Source of the DNA: Thalia democratica
Lineage: Eukaryota
NCBI GenBank assembly: GCA_965202585.1
Contig: OZ241826.1
Coordinates: forward strand, 15,314,001 to 15,378,000
Reading direction: 5' to 3'
Length of the DNA: 64,000 nucleotides
Both the position numbers and the translations under genes were made by a program. Under the pieces are notes generated by a model. That model saw only the letters and a list, made by a program, of their open reading frames with translations. It was not told the origin of the DNA and did not search any database. This document shows positions 53,265-64,000 of this stretch, in pieces (within the stretch, counting starts at the first letter, position 1; the number at the start of each line of letters is the position of its first letter).

Positions 53265-53335
53265 AATGAATTTAAATTTAATGGCTCTGACATTCTGAGT
53301 TTTAGCGAACGTTATAACCGCTTCACTATGAAAGC
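53265..53335 (-). pseudogene. Decayed tRNA-Val (AAC/CAC-type) remnant
   Basis: Minus strand GCTTTCATAGTGAAGCGGTTATAACGTTCGCTAAAAC resembles the tRNA-Val 5' half (TAGTGTAGCGGTTATCACGTTCGC); 3' half is lost. Lies at the mirror position of the 60002 copy. Confidence 0.6.
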
Positions 53336-53556
53336 TTGCAAAAATTTTAACTTTTTAGAGCTTATAAACCTCAACTTTATAAGTGTGCAAAGACTTTGAA
53401 AAATAAATAGCTATCTTTTTAAAATGCTATTATACGTTCGTATTTTTTAACAAGTTTCTAATTTTTGTTTAATTTTTACAAGCTTATTAAAAACACTTTG
53501 AAAAAATTTAAACCGAAACTTGAGTGATAATTAACTAATGTTATTAGTGGCATTGA

Positions 53557-53812
53557 TATGGGACACGTTCAAAATTCCCCCGCGTACAAAATCCATCCGA
53601 TCAAAATCCATCAAGTCCAATTCGAGAACCGCTTACCGATTGCGGGTAAGGGTTAGGGGTACACTGATAGTGAAAATATATGCAAAATAAACAAAAAAAA
53701 TGCAAAAAAAATATAGAATAAATTAATAAATAAATAAAATGTTTAAAGATCGAGTTTATTTTGAACGCGGGTGGATTTTGAATGGGAGGATTTGGATAGT
53801 ATACCGTTCATG
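53557..53812. mobile_element. Small inverted-repeat element (MITE-like)
   Basis: CCGCGTACAAAATCCATCC / repeated CAAAATCC on the left is mirrored by ATTTTGAACGCGGGTGGATTTTG on the right; centre contains GGGTAAGGGTTAGGGG. Termini and TSD not resolved. Confidence 0.5.
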
Positions 53813-54710
53813 TACTATATACTTTTTTCACTTTTAAACTAACTTTTTTATAAGGATACAACTGTGTAACATGCTTTCTACTACAATGTGATTATTTCAG
53901 CTTTAGCTAAAGTCTTTATTGGAAGTTTTTATTTCATAAATATTGTTTTAAACTCAGCTACTAATTAAAGTAAATACATAAAATCACTAACCTTTAGTGT
54001 ATGATAGTTTTAAGACAAGTATAATAGGTTAAAAGACCTAAAAACATTATTTGTGCTTAAGGATTGTGAGCATTAACTAAGGATACTATTTAACAAAATT
54101 GTTTAAATTTTCAATATCTAAATGAAATGTAGAGTATCATATAAGTATAATTTTAAATCACTTCAATGTTTTTGTACTTTAGGTACATAAAATTTTGAAA
54201 ATACCAGTTTACTATGTTAATAGAAAAAATGAATTTGTCCTATTATGATTTATTCTTAAAATAAAAATTTGGAATAAAATCAACTTATTCCGCTATTTAC
54301 AATTTTTATTTGCGCTATTTTTACTGAAGGCAGTGCAGCTAAAAGATAATTTTGTCAATATAAGTATTTTTTACAAATTTGAAGTATTTATATTTTAGTT
54401 TTACTTATAAAATACACAGTATTCGTTAGGACTATAACTAAACTTTGAGCTTAAGTTCGGTTACTTATAAATTGATTTATTATCGTTAATGTTTAGTTTA
54501 CTAAATAAATACATTTATTAAACAAATAATTGGAAATATAATGAAACTTGATAATCTAACATAAGAAAATGCAAGGAGTTAGGAAAATGTAAGCATGAAA
54601 ACAAAAATAACTGATTGTAACAAAGTTATTACTTCAAGAAACACATTGAAAAAATGTTGAACATATTCTGTATACTATCCAACAAAAAATAATGAATAAA
54701 TTTTTGATTG

Positions 54711-54758
54711 TTAATTGTTTTTCAAATTAAATGGATGAAGAATTCCATATACCTTCTT
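54711..54758 (-). CDS. Duplicated alternative terminal exon of the small membrane protein gene
   Basis: Same acceptor context (ttaattaacag) as 55409; phase 0; encodes KKVYGILHPFNLKNN*, compared with EKKSGIVHPIDLE*. Confidence 0.55.
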   Translation of the reverse strand, partial: KKVYGILHPFNLKNN

Positions 54759-55367
54759 CTGTTAATTAAATTAAAATTAATTTTGAATACTTTATTAAAG
54801 CTAGTTTAAAATTTAAATGAATATTTTATTAATTTGAATGTTTTGAGAATTAAAGCTCTTCAAACGTGAAAATTACTAAATTAAGGTTTTTGGATAATGA
54901 TTTGCTGTTTTACGATTTATATCTTAAATATAAATCTTGTTTGAAAACATCTTTATTTATTGTTCATATACACACTACATTCAATGCAATTATTGGTTTC
55001 AAACAATTTGGTCATTAATTTTTTGTTTAACTGCATGAAAACTATGTATTTTAGTTTTTTTTTTTACAAATCCGTTGTAGTTTTTGACTATTTAATACTT
55101 ATAAATCAAATAGATTTTCTTTATGTTTAATTTACTATTTAAAAACAACAGGATTCATTTTTTTACTTTATTGAACAAAGATTTGGAAGCACAACGAAAC
55201 TTAATAATTTAACTAAAATAAATTCAATAAACCAACGGAATGGAAATATAAAAACAAATAGTAATGATTGCAACAAAATATGTACTTTAAGACGAAAGAA
55301 TTTGGAAATAATGCTAAACATATATTATGTTTGTTTTAACAAAAAATTTTGAAAAACTTTTTGAATA

Positions 55368-56735
55368 TTATTCCAAATCAATTGGATGTACAATACCGGA
55401 TTTCTTCTCCTGTTAATTAAATTAAGATAAGTTTTAAATAATTTGTATAAGTAATCACAACGTTTTTGTTTATATATTTTCAAACTGCTAAAAAACAATT
55501 TATCTATAAACAAAGATATTGTTATTGGAGGATATTATTTACAGTTTTTAACTAAAAAATTGAGAAATAAAAATAAATAACCTCATGCTGTTTTTTGTCA
55601 ATACATTTATGAATTTTGTTAATTTTCTTCAAAGTGTAAACAAATCCTGTAGACATTCCAATTCCAATGGCCACTAGTAACACAATTGCCACAATAATCA
55701 AAACTGTATTAGATCCTGTTAAAATATTATTTTTAATTTGATTAAGAATTAATAGTGTAGTACAGCTATAATATTATTTTGTAAATAAACAAGTTCTCAA
55801 TACTTAATTTAAAAGGATCGAAAATGTTATGTTAGTCTTCAGCACTTTGTTATTATACAAATTAGATAAACCTTCATTTATCACATCAGTAGTAGCCATC
55901 AAGACAAAACAATTAGACTTTTCATCAGTTGAACTTGATGTATTGTTACATTTACTCAAAATATCATCCAACTTCAAACAAACTTCATCATTACTTCCAC
56001 ATAACTCATCTGCAAAAATGTATAATTATAGTCAAAAAGTTATAGCGGATGTTTTTACAACTATATATGAAGTCTAATTAAAAAAATATATTTTCTAGAA
56101 TGTTAATATGCTAACTCACAAATGTTTAGATAGCTTGATTGTTCAAACTAGTTTTATACAAGTTCCGCTTCGTTTTTTTAACTCTAACACTTATAGTTAA
56201 AATACTTATAAATATTTTTCATGATATTTAAAACTTACAACATTAAAACTTCAAGAACAAAATAATCATCTAGTTGAAACTAACTTCTATTGATGGCAAA
56301 CAAATTTGTGAATTTTGATTTTACGCTTTTTTGAGCAGATTCAGCTGGAGAAAAATTTAAAATGATATTTTTTATGTAAGTATTACTATTGTCAAATATT
56401 AACTTTGTTGTAAGTTGCAAGTTACATTTTATAGAAAAACAACAAAAAACAAACTTAGATTGATGACTCCTTCAACTTTCAATTCCTGTAAGTATATTAA
56501 ATTAACTATAAAAAATAAAGAGCAAACAAGATTATTTTTGAAAGTTTTTGAAAAAACGTTTAATGGAGATAAGAAAAATGAATTAAAGATTAACAATTTC
56601 AAACCAAATAATACTTATTAGTTATATTTATCTTATCCATTAAATGTTATAAATTATATAACTAACATTATCTGACTTGGCACTAACATTGACCATGATA
56701 AAGAAAAATGAAACAAGAAGTAACAAGAATTTCAT
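55368..56735 (-). CDS. Small type-I membrane protein of unknown family (157 aa, 6 exons)
   Basis: Exons 56667-56735, 56455-56485, 56285-56344, 55872-56009, 55582-55715, 55368-55409; all GT-AG, phases 0-1-1-1-0 consistent. Protein: MKFLLLLVSFFFIMVNVSAKSDNELKVEGVINLTESAQKSVKSKFTNLFAINRNELCGSNDEVCLKLDDILSKCNNTSSSTDEKSNCFVLMATTDVINEGSNTVLIIVAIVLLVAIGIGMSTGFVYTLKKINKIHKCIDKKQHEEKKSGIVHPIDLE*. Confidence 0.75.
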
Positions 56736-57550
56736 ATTTCTACTTTTATTACAGCTGAGATATATGCAATTGTTTATAAGTTTTTATTACAAATAGGTGT
56801 TGCAAACAAAAAAAAAATTTGAAATTAGAACAAAAGTATTGTAATTTTAACACTATGTGAGCTACTATTATATATTAAAGCTATTAATAAGCTTAAAGCT
56901 TAGTAAAAGTTTAGCTTAATTTCTTTTATCATATTCAATTTAAAATAAATAAAATTGAAAAGATATGCAAATATCAAAGTTATTTCTATATATCTCCAAC
57001 AATTATGTACATATTTGAGGTTAATTAAAAACGCTAGTAAGTTTATAAAACATATTTTGATTAGTTGACAAACATATTTTTAATTTAAAAACTTTTTATT
57101 AGCTTAAGCTTTAGAATAAGCTTTAGCTTCATAAAAGTTTGACTAAATATTTTTGTTATATTCAGTTTAAAATAGCTAAAAATTTAAAGACATGTAAACA
57201 TCCAAGCTAGATATATCTATATTTGGTATTTATACACATGTGTAAGGTTGATTAAAAGCACTAACAAGTTATAATGTACATTTTTATTAATTGACAAAAT
57301 GTTTACTTTAAATACTTTTTATTTTTGTACTTTTTAACAACATTGCATGTTATACGAGTTTTTTAAAAGTTTTAGATTTTTTACACGAACGTATTTAAAA
57401 ATAATTTACAAAAAATAACACTATATCTATACTTAATATGAATTTCTTAAACATTAGTTTCAATAATCTAACAACAGAAGTACAAATTGCATTTTATAAA
57501 AAGTGTTTTTATGGCGCTTTTAACTTTATCAAATTTTAGTAAAATTTTAA

Positions 57551-57810
57551 AACAAAACATGTCATATCTATAAAGCAAGAAAAGTTGTTTTAGATATTTT
57601 GTGTAAATTAAACAAGAATTCTTAGCTCATTTAATTCTTTAGAAACTTGTTTATTTTATATCGAATAAACATGAAAAGAGTTTGGACATTTAGGTTATAA
57701 TTTTTTTTTGAGGTTTTGTTTGATATAGACAAAAATTGTCATATCTATAAAGAAATACAAATTGATTCAGATAGTTTTTGTCCAAATGGAATAAGAATTG
57801 TAAGCTCGAT
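57551..57810. repeat. Two diverged ~85-bp direct repeats, 177 bp apart
   Basis: GTCATATCTATAAAG at 57561 and 57738, each followed by a similar ..GATA.TTTTG..AAAT..AAYAAGAATT.TTAGCTC segment. Confidence 0.6.
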
Positions 57811-58022
57811 TTTTTTACAAAAACGTGTTTATTGCAAATAAGTGTTTAAAATACGCGAATATCTGATTTTGCAAAACTTTAGCTTCCCTATAAACAAGCA
57901 TGATTTTTCTAGTATTTCTCAAATTCAGAGTCTTAAAGTATCTTATATAATTCGAAATACAAAAGTAATGTAAACATAAATAATTACAAGCTGATTGTTT
58001 TTTAGTTTAATTCTATTTATAT

Positions 58023-58415
58023 TTAAGTTATGTTGAAGTAAAAATGATGAAATTTGTTTGAAGTTAGATGATATCTTGAGTAACTTTAAAAATAAAACAA
58101 ATCGAACAGATAAAGAATTATTTTTATTGATGAAAACTCTTCAATCGGTACAGAATATAAGGGTTTGTTTTTGTAAGTAATAAGTTTTTCTTTATTATTT
58201 AGTCAGGTATATTTTTACTTTTAAGAAACGGGACTAAATACTTTAACTCTTGTTATGCAAACTTTATAAAGTTTTCCAAAAGAGTTACAATCAAGCTCAA
58301 GTACTGCAGTGATTGTTTTACTAGCGGTAGTCATAATTAGATTGTTCACTGGATTATATGACATTAACAGGAAAATAAAAAAAACCTAAAATTTGTGAAC
58401 ACAGTAGATCATGAG
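58023..58415 (+). pseudogene. Inverted, disrupted paralog of the small membrane protein gene
   Basis: KLC*SKNDEICLKLDDILSNFKN aligns with ELCGSNDEVCLKLDDILSKCNN (GGA>TGA at 58034-36; acceptor ag>at). TM exon STAVIVLLAVVIIRLFTGLYDINRK ends in CATGAG|gttatt as in the intact gene, with a 1-nt frameshift in the A-run at 58377-84. Confidence 0.75.
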
Positions 58416-60001
58416 GTTATTTTTTATATGTTTTGATGTTTTTCAATAAATTCATACCATAATTACAACAAATTTTACATGCTAAGACATCTTAATTTTT
58501 GTTTGTTTTCTCTAATTCTTTAGAATACTATTTAGTTAAATTGTAATGGCTTTTTAATAATTTCATTAAGTTATTATAGCATTAAAGATATTGAAAATTT
58601 GATATTACTTGTAAATTTTCATAAAAAACCTCACAAACAAATTAATTCTAAAATTTTAAACAGAAGATAAAGCCTGCATTTTTTTCTAAAGTTGTTAAAA
58701 AGAATGAAATTAATAATCATGAGTTATCTTCAATATTTTGTTATATATTTGGTATATCTACCACATCATATTCAATAGTTCTGTACTGTGTAAGTTTTCG
58801 AGCAAATGATTCAATTGTTTAGTTTTTTGTAATCAAATTTTTTAGTTCCAATGTTAACTTTTAATACGCTTAATTACTTAACGTTTTGCGTTACTAAAAC
58901 TTGTTGTCTTGAACCTTCGTTTGTTAAAAAATGTACTGAAGTAGAGTGTTAAACAGAGTTACATATTACTTACATTATAACTATTACTTTGTTTTGTATG
59001 CGATCGAACCTGATATATAGGTTTATTTAACGTCCAAACATTTTACGCTGATAAATTAGAAAAATAAAAGATAATTAAGTAAAAAAAAAATTAAATGAGG
59101 TACGCGTATAACTAGTTTTAGAAAAATAAGAATAAAAAAATAAGTTTTAATGAAAATTTAAATGAGGTTTATGTATAACTAATTTAATTCTAGTCGACTC
59201 TATTTAATATTAAACAAAAAAATTGTTTTTGTCTATATGTACCTATTAATCTAAAAAAATAAGAATATGGTTTGATAAAAGACTAACAACATGAACTAAT
59301 TTTAAGTGGTTACGTTTTAAAAAAATTTGAAACTTTATTTATAATCAATGTATAAGAGCCTCTAACTAGTTTTGTCTTACAATCTTTTATAAAAAGTCTT
59401 TTTCCATTTCTATCTACTTATACAGTAACTTTCGTTTAATTGGACGTTATGTTCTAGAACATGTATAGTAGCTTTTCAAAAATTATTGTTTTTATTATCT
59501 ATTCATATATTTTGTTAAATTGGTAGTAGGTATTGTTTTTAAAAAATAATTACAAATAATTAATTTTATATTGAAAGCTTTCAATACAGTAAGAACTGTA
59601 GCAATTTACCAGTTTAATAGCTCTAATGTAAAAATTACAAACTTACATGAATGAGATTTAATTAGATTAAGATTAAATTTAATGATTAATAGTTTAGCAA
59701 GTGATTTAGCTTTTACAATAAATATAATGTTTCAAAAACTTAATTGTTACTTTATTTAAACAGTTTTAAAAGTGTTCAAGTTAAAAATTATTCAATTTAA
59801 ACATAAAAATAATGTTTTCGGATGTTACTGAGCTCAAATTTAATAGAGGGTTTTTTAATTGATAAAAAGCTGGTAAATTATTGTTATTATATAGAAAAGC
59901 CGATCACAAAACAAATACTCGTTTGAACTGATTAATTTAAATTTTTTACACGCTCATAGATTATAGGTTTATACAGGCTTAAAAGCTTATTAATTTAATA
60001 A

Positions 60002-60074
60002 TGTTCTGTAGTGTAGCGGTCATCACGTTCGCACAGCAGGCGAAAAGTCTCCGGTTCGAGCCCGGGCGAAAAAA
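60002..60074 (+). pseudogene. tRNA-Val-derived pseudogene
   Basis: TGTTCTGTAGTGTAGCGGTCATCACGTTCGC-ACAGCAG-GCGAAAAGTCTCCGGTTCGAGCCCGGG; A and B boxes retained, acceptor stem broken, anticodon loop lacks U33. Confidence 0.75.
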
Positions 60075-60423
60075 CTTTTAAGCAGAAAATTTAAAAATTC
60101 TGCTGTTCAAATTGTTGAATGAAAATTCCAAGGTAAATTATCAAAATTATTGTTTAATTATCTATATATATTGTTAAAGGTATATCATTTAATAGATATA
60201 AAATAAAAACCTTACTCAAGAAAGTCGCAAGAAAGCAATAGCATTTTATAAACAAAACATATTTTTTAAACTTAATAACAAACAAAAAACTACTTGCACA
60301 ACATATTTTAAATACATTTAAGTTTATATTATTGAAAAAAATATATAGGACTAAAGACTGCATAAAACTTTACAAGCTCTACTTAAAACGATATTAATTC
60401 GAATAAAACCTTAGTTATCAAAA

Positions 60424-60496
60424 AGGTTCCAGCGGGGCTCGAACCCGCGACCTTCTGCGTGTAAAGCAGACGTGATAACCGCTACACTATGGAACC
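60424..60496 (-). tRNA. tRNA-Val(TAC)
   Basis: GGTTCCATAGTGTAGCGGTTATCACGTCTGCTTTACACGCAGAAGGTCGCGGGTTCGAGCCCCGCTGGAACCT; acceptor, anticodon and T stems fully paired; position 73 is T, followed by a T-run. Confidence 0.9.
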
Positions 60497-61558
60497 CGAC
60501 GATAGAGCGGCTGTAACTGCAATTATAAACATAAAACAGCTTGCTACTTCACCAAGAGTAGAAAGTTGAATGAGTTTGTACTTTTTATTCTCAACTGCTG
60601 AGTTTGAATTTTTGTTCAAATTTTCCAGCAAAATAACTTTAAATATCAACGGCAGTATTTTTTAATTTAAAACTGAAAATTAATATTTTATAAAATGACT
60701 TCTTAAACAACTGTAGACTATAAATGGAGTGATATTAATACAAACTCTTTTTATTTTCGTGTTTATTAAGGCTTTTTAAAGTCTATTAACAACTTGTATC
60801 TTTTTTTTCTATTCGACAACAAGTTTTTAAATAAATAAGCAATTTTATTAATAATGCTGTAACGATAGGTCTACCAGTATGTGTTTTATTAAAGCTTTAA
60901 ACTTTCACCTCTTACTATAACTCTATCATACTTCTTGTAGCTGTTCTACCTTTATACAAAGTGTTTGAAAACTTATGAGGAAATTACTTTTAAAGCCGTG
61001 CTATATGTATTAACGCGTTTTAAAATTTCTAAGAAAGTCAAGTCAAGAAAGACGAGTGAAAAAATTTTAACCGTCAAGTTTAAGTTTAGGTCATTCACAT
61101 TATTTTTTGTAAAACAAAAACAAAATCAAAGTAACAGTTCAACAATAAAAACTAAGGACTTAGTATGCAAAACTTTTTTGTTTAATCTTCTTGTTAATAT
61201 CTTAATTAATTTCCACAAAGAGTAAAAGCTAAGTTCATTACAAACAAAAGCTAAATCCGTTTAGTACATTCAAAAACGTGTTTGATATAAATACAGCTGA
61301 TAAATGTTTCCTAACAAACAAACCTTTAGGGTCAATGTTGCAATAGAACGATAAAAATAGCTTTTAAAGCCGAGATTTCGGGCTAATTGTTTCAAATAGT
61401 AAACAAAACAAAACAAACATTCGAAAAGGAGAATTTTATATTTAAACACAGCGTTTTTATTTGCGGAGTGACACAGATGAAGCTGATGTAGTAAACATTT
61501 CATTCCAGCTTGAATATTTCAGTCTTTTTATTTTTGTGTGTTTCAAAGTCTCTATGCT

Positions 61559-63988
61559 ATGAGCTATTTTGTTTTTGCTCCGATTATTTTTGTTTTTCTT
61601 ACAGGAGTTGGATTTTTCGCAACGTTAGTTTTTGTTTATGTTTAAGTTTTGTGAACTATATCGAATAAATAGGTTTTTTTTTTCTTAAGATTTGTAGCCT
61701 GGTGAGTTAGTTTTGTTTACAACTGTAGTGCAACTAAGTTTAAATTAAACTTTTATTTGTATTCTGCACTATATTAACTTATTTGTTTTTAAAAACTTTA
61801 TACAGCATTTTTTATTTAAAACGTATTTAAAACGTTAATATTTTTGCGTAACTTTTGAGTTTACTCTTTTGTTTGTGAACAAAAAGAAAAAGCTTGGTTC
61901 ATCATTTATTTTAAGTTTTAATTGCTATTTTAAACATACATCTGTAGAAGTAACAGATTTGTTTTTTGAACTTAAAAGTTGTTAATTAATATTACACTTA
62001 ATATTTTAAAAAACAAATTCATTGCTTGAATTTAAAATAAATTGTGCGTGCATATATCAAGTATAAGTAGTGTGCTAAAACTGTATTGAATTTTAATTTA
62101 CTGTTTACAATTTACTATTTATTTACTTGGCTGTTTTTTAAACTTTTTAACAAAATCATCTGTAAATGTTTTGTTGTTACCTTTTACGCTTACTTTTTTG
62201 TATGTAAACAACAAAAGGTAAAACCTTACTTAGATACTTGTTTCAGTTTGAGATGCTATTTAAAGTATCTTTATGTAACAGTAACAGTTACTTTTTTCAA
62301 TGTAAAATTAACTCATATTATAATTTAAATGTGTATAATATTTGTTAAAGTTTAAATACCTTGTCGCGCGTGAAAGTATCACGTTCAAGTTGTTTGCTAA
62401 AATTTTACATTTACAAACTTGAAATTTTGTTAGTTGCAGCTTCAAGGTTAGTATTTTGCATTACTAAAAAGTACACTGCTAGTAGTGTTTTTACGTAGGT
62501 TTTATTATCTAAGTTTGTTATCTTTGGTAATGTAAACATAAATGAATAAATGAAACAAACACTTGTTTTTTAGAAAACTAAAACCTAAACCATTAATTTT
62601 AAAAGTTTGTAAAGTTAATTAAAAAAATTTAACTAGCTCCCTTAGAATTAGGGTAACTAAAAACTAATGTTAGAATATCATTGAAAAAATTAAGGTTTGT
62701 TAAAAATAGCAACGTTATAAATCGTTTTGTTATTTAGCAGCTATAGATGAAGTTATGTCCATAAAGATACTTTTCAAGACTTAAAAAGTGTAAACTATAA
62801 GCCTTATACTTAAATGTCTAAAAACTATCATTTTCAAACAGTTATGGTTGGAGTTACGCCCATGGGGACATTGTAAAGCCACCATTATGGCCATATGTTA
62901 GTGACACAGGAGACTTTGAACCAGAAAGTTGTATTTTTACGTTCCTTTTAAATCTAGCTGCTGTATTTGTGGCAGCTACAATGTACCTCTTCTACAAGTG
63001 AGTTAAAAAATACTTTTAAATTTCAATGTACCTCTTTAATAAATAAGTAAAAAACTCTAAAAGTTTCTTAAAGTTTTGCTATGATAATGTTAAAAACTTT
63101 TTTTTTGTGTAGTAAGTTTCATTACATGAGTTTTTGAAAACGTTCAAGTTATAGATTAAAATGTAGTGCTAATAAAACATTGTTTAATATAAAAATTAAA
63201 CGTTTCATTTTTTATTTGTTTTTTTTTTTAATTAACTTTTTTATGTCTACTACTAAAAAGTTTGCCCCTGTTTTAAATCTTTTGAGTACCAAGTTTTTAC
63301 AGTAACCCAATCACTTTATGTTTTTATCAGACATACAGAAAAACAGGAAACTGATAAAAAGATGAACAAAACTTTATAAATTAAAAATATAAAACAACCT
63401 AATTATTAACTTAATATTTTTCTTAGACACACAGAAAAACACGAAACAAGTAAAAAGATGAACAAAATTGCATTAATAATTGGTTTGATATCTTGTCTGG
63501 GTCAGACTGCAGTTGCAGCTTTTCAAGTTTGTCTAAAACTTTATCTCTATAAAAACTTTTGTATCAGCAACAATAAAATTGAAATAATTTTAAAAGTGCA
63601 TAAAAAACAACTACGATACTTTAATGTTCCATACTTGGACAAGATATAATAATTTTACAAAGAAAAATGTTTTTTAAATCGTCAATAATCATTTTGTCTT
63701 ACGATTACAAAAAAAAAGTACTTCATAACCTTAAACATTGTTGAATAGTACTTTTCTAATAAAGTGTTGCTAATTAAAATATCTTTTTTATGTTTAATTA
63801 AAAACAGTACTCAACAATCCAAGTAGTTCATCTATTAGGAGCAGGAGTAGCTTTCATAGGAATGGTCATTTACTACTGGCTTGTGTTTGTTTTAACCTAC
63901 AAAAGAAATAAGATGAATAAAAGTGAAAAAATATTGCTCATAGTCAGATTTGTGCTTGTAGTATGTGATACGATATTCCTTATATTAC
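61559..63988 (+). CDS. DRAM: DRAM/TMEM150 (Frag1/DRAM/Sfk1) family multipass membrane protein, 5' part; continues past right edge
   Basis: Exons 61559-61623, 62842-62997, 63427-63526, 63808-63988 splice in frame: MSYFVFAPIIFVFLTGVGFFATYGWSY..LWPYVSDTGDFEPESCIFTFLLNLAAVFVAATMYLFYK..MNKIALIIGLISCLGQTAVAAFQYSTIQVVHLLGAGVAF. This matches DRAM motifs PYISDTG, PE.C.F..LN, NK..L..G..SCLG...A.FQ and H..GA. Assignment to DRAM versus TMEM150 is by eye. Confidence 0.88.
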
Positions 63989-64000
63989 GTATGTTATTTT

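Larger units (their letters stand above)
52700..60650. repeat. Old inverted segmental duplication, centre about 56.7-57.0 kb
   Basis: Mirror pairs: tRNA-Val(TAC) 52853+/60496- with homologous 5' flanks over about 150 bp (AACTTTCTACT.TTGGTGAAGTAGC; CTCAGCAGTTG); decayed tRNA-Val 53335-/60002+; membrane-protein exons 56009-/58023+ and 55582-/58415+. Confidence 0.8.

Noticed and set aside
62356-62446. Phase-2 gttagt donor after ILLVAAS as an alternative first DRAM exon
   Set aside because: No in-frame ATG before an upstream TAA, and a poorer match than the 61559-61623 exon.

Overview
AT-rich eukaryotic (invertebrate animal) genomic DNA with GT-AG introns. A tunicate origin is an inference from the abundance of TGACGTCA motifs and the gene content. 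Positions 738-47333 (minus strand) hold one giant secreted-protein gene. I reconstructed 74 exons by hand (20,371 nt, >=6,790 aa, phases consistent throughout); the gene runs off the left edge. Architecture: signal peptide - EMI - 5 EGF - 3x(VWD-C8-TIL) - TIL/VWC/LDLa - 11 discoidin (FA58C) domains embedded in Thr/Ser/Glu/Val mucin tracts - TIL/VWC. It belongs to the hemolectin/SCO-spondin/VWF/gel-forming mucin superfamily, but has a 17.5-kb array of 24 consecutive symmetric phase-1 exons carrying 7 near-identical discoidin domains plus 1 divergent one. Right of it is an old inverted duplication of ~8 kb (about 52.7-60.65 kb). Each arm has a tRNA-Val(TAC), a decayed tRNA-Val and a copy of a small type-I membrane protein gene missed by the ORF track: intact with two alternative last exons on the left, pseudogenised on the right. 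The 5' part of a DRAM/TMEM150-family gene lies at the right edge. Also present: an intronic tRNA-Ala, TTAA-flanked (Kolobok-like) MITEs, and repeated short duplications that capture splice sites. All coordinates were hand-counted and may be off by a few nt.
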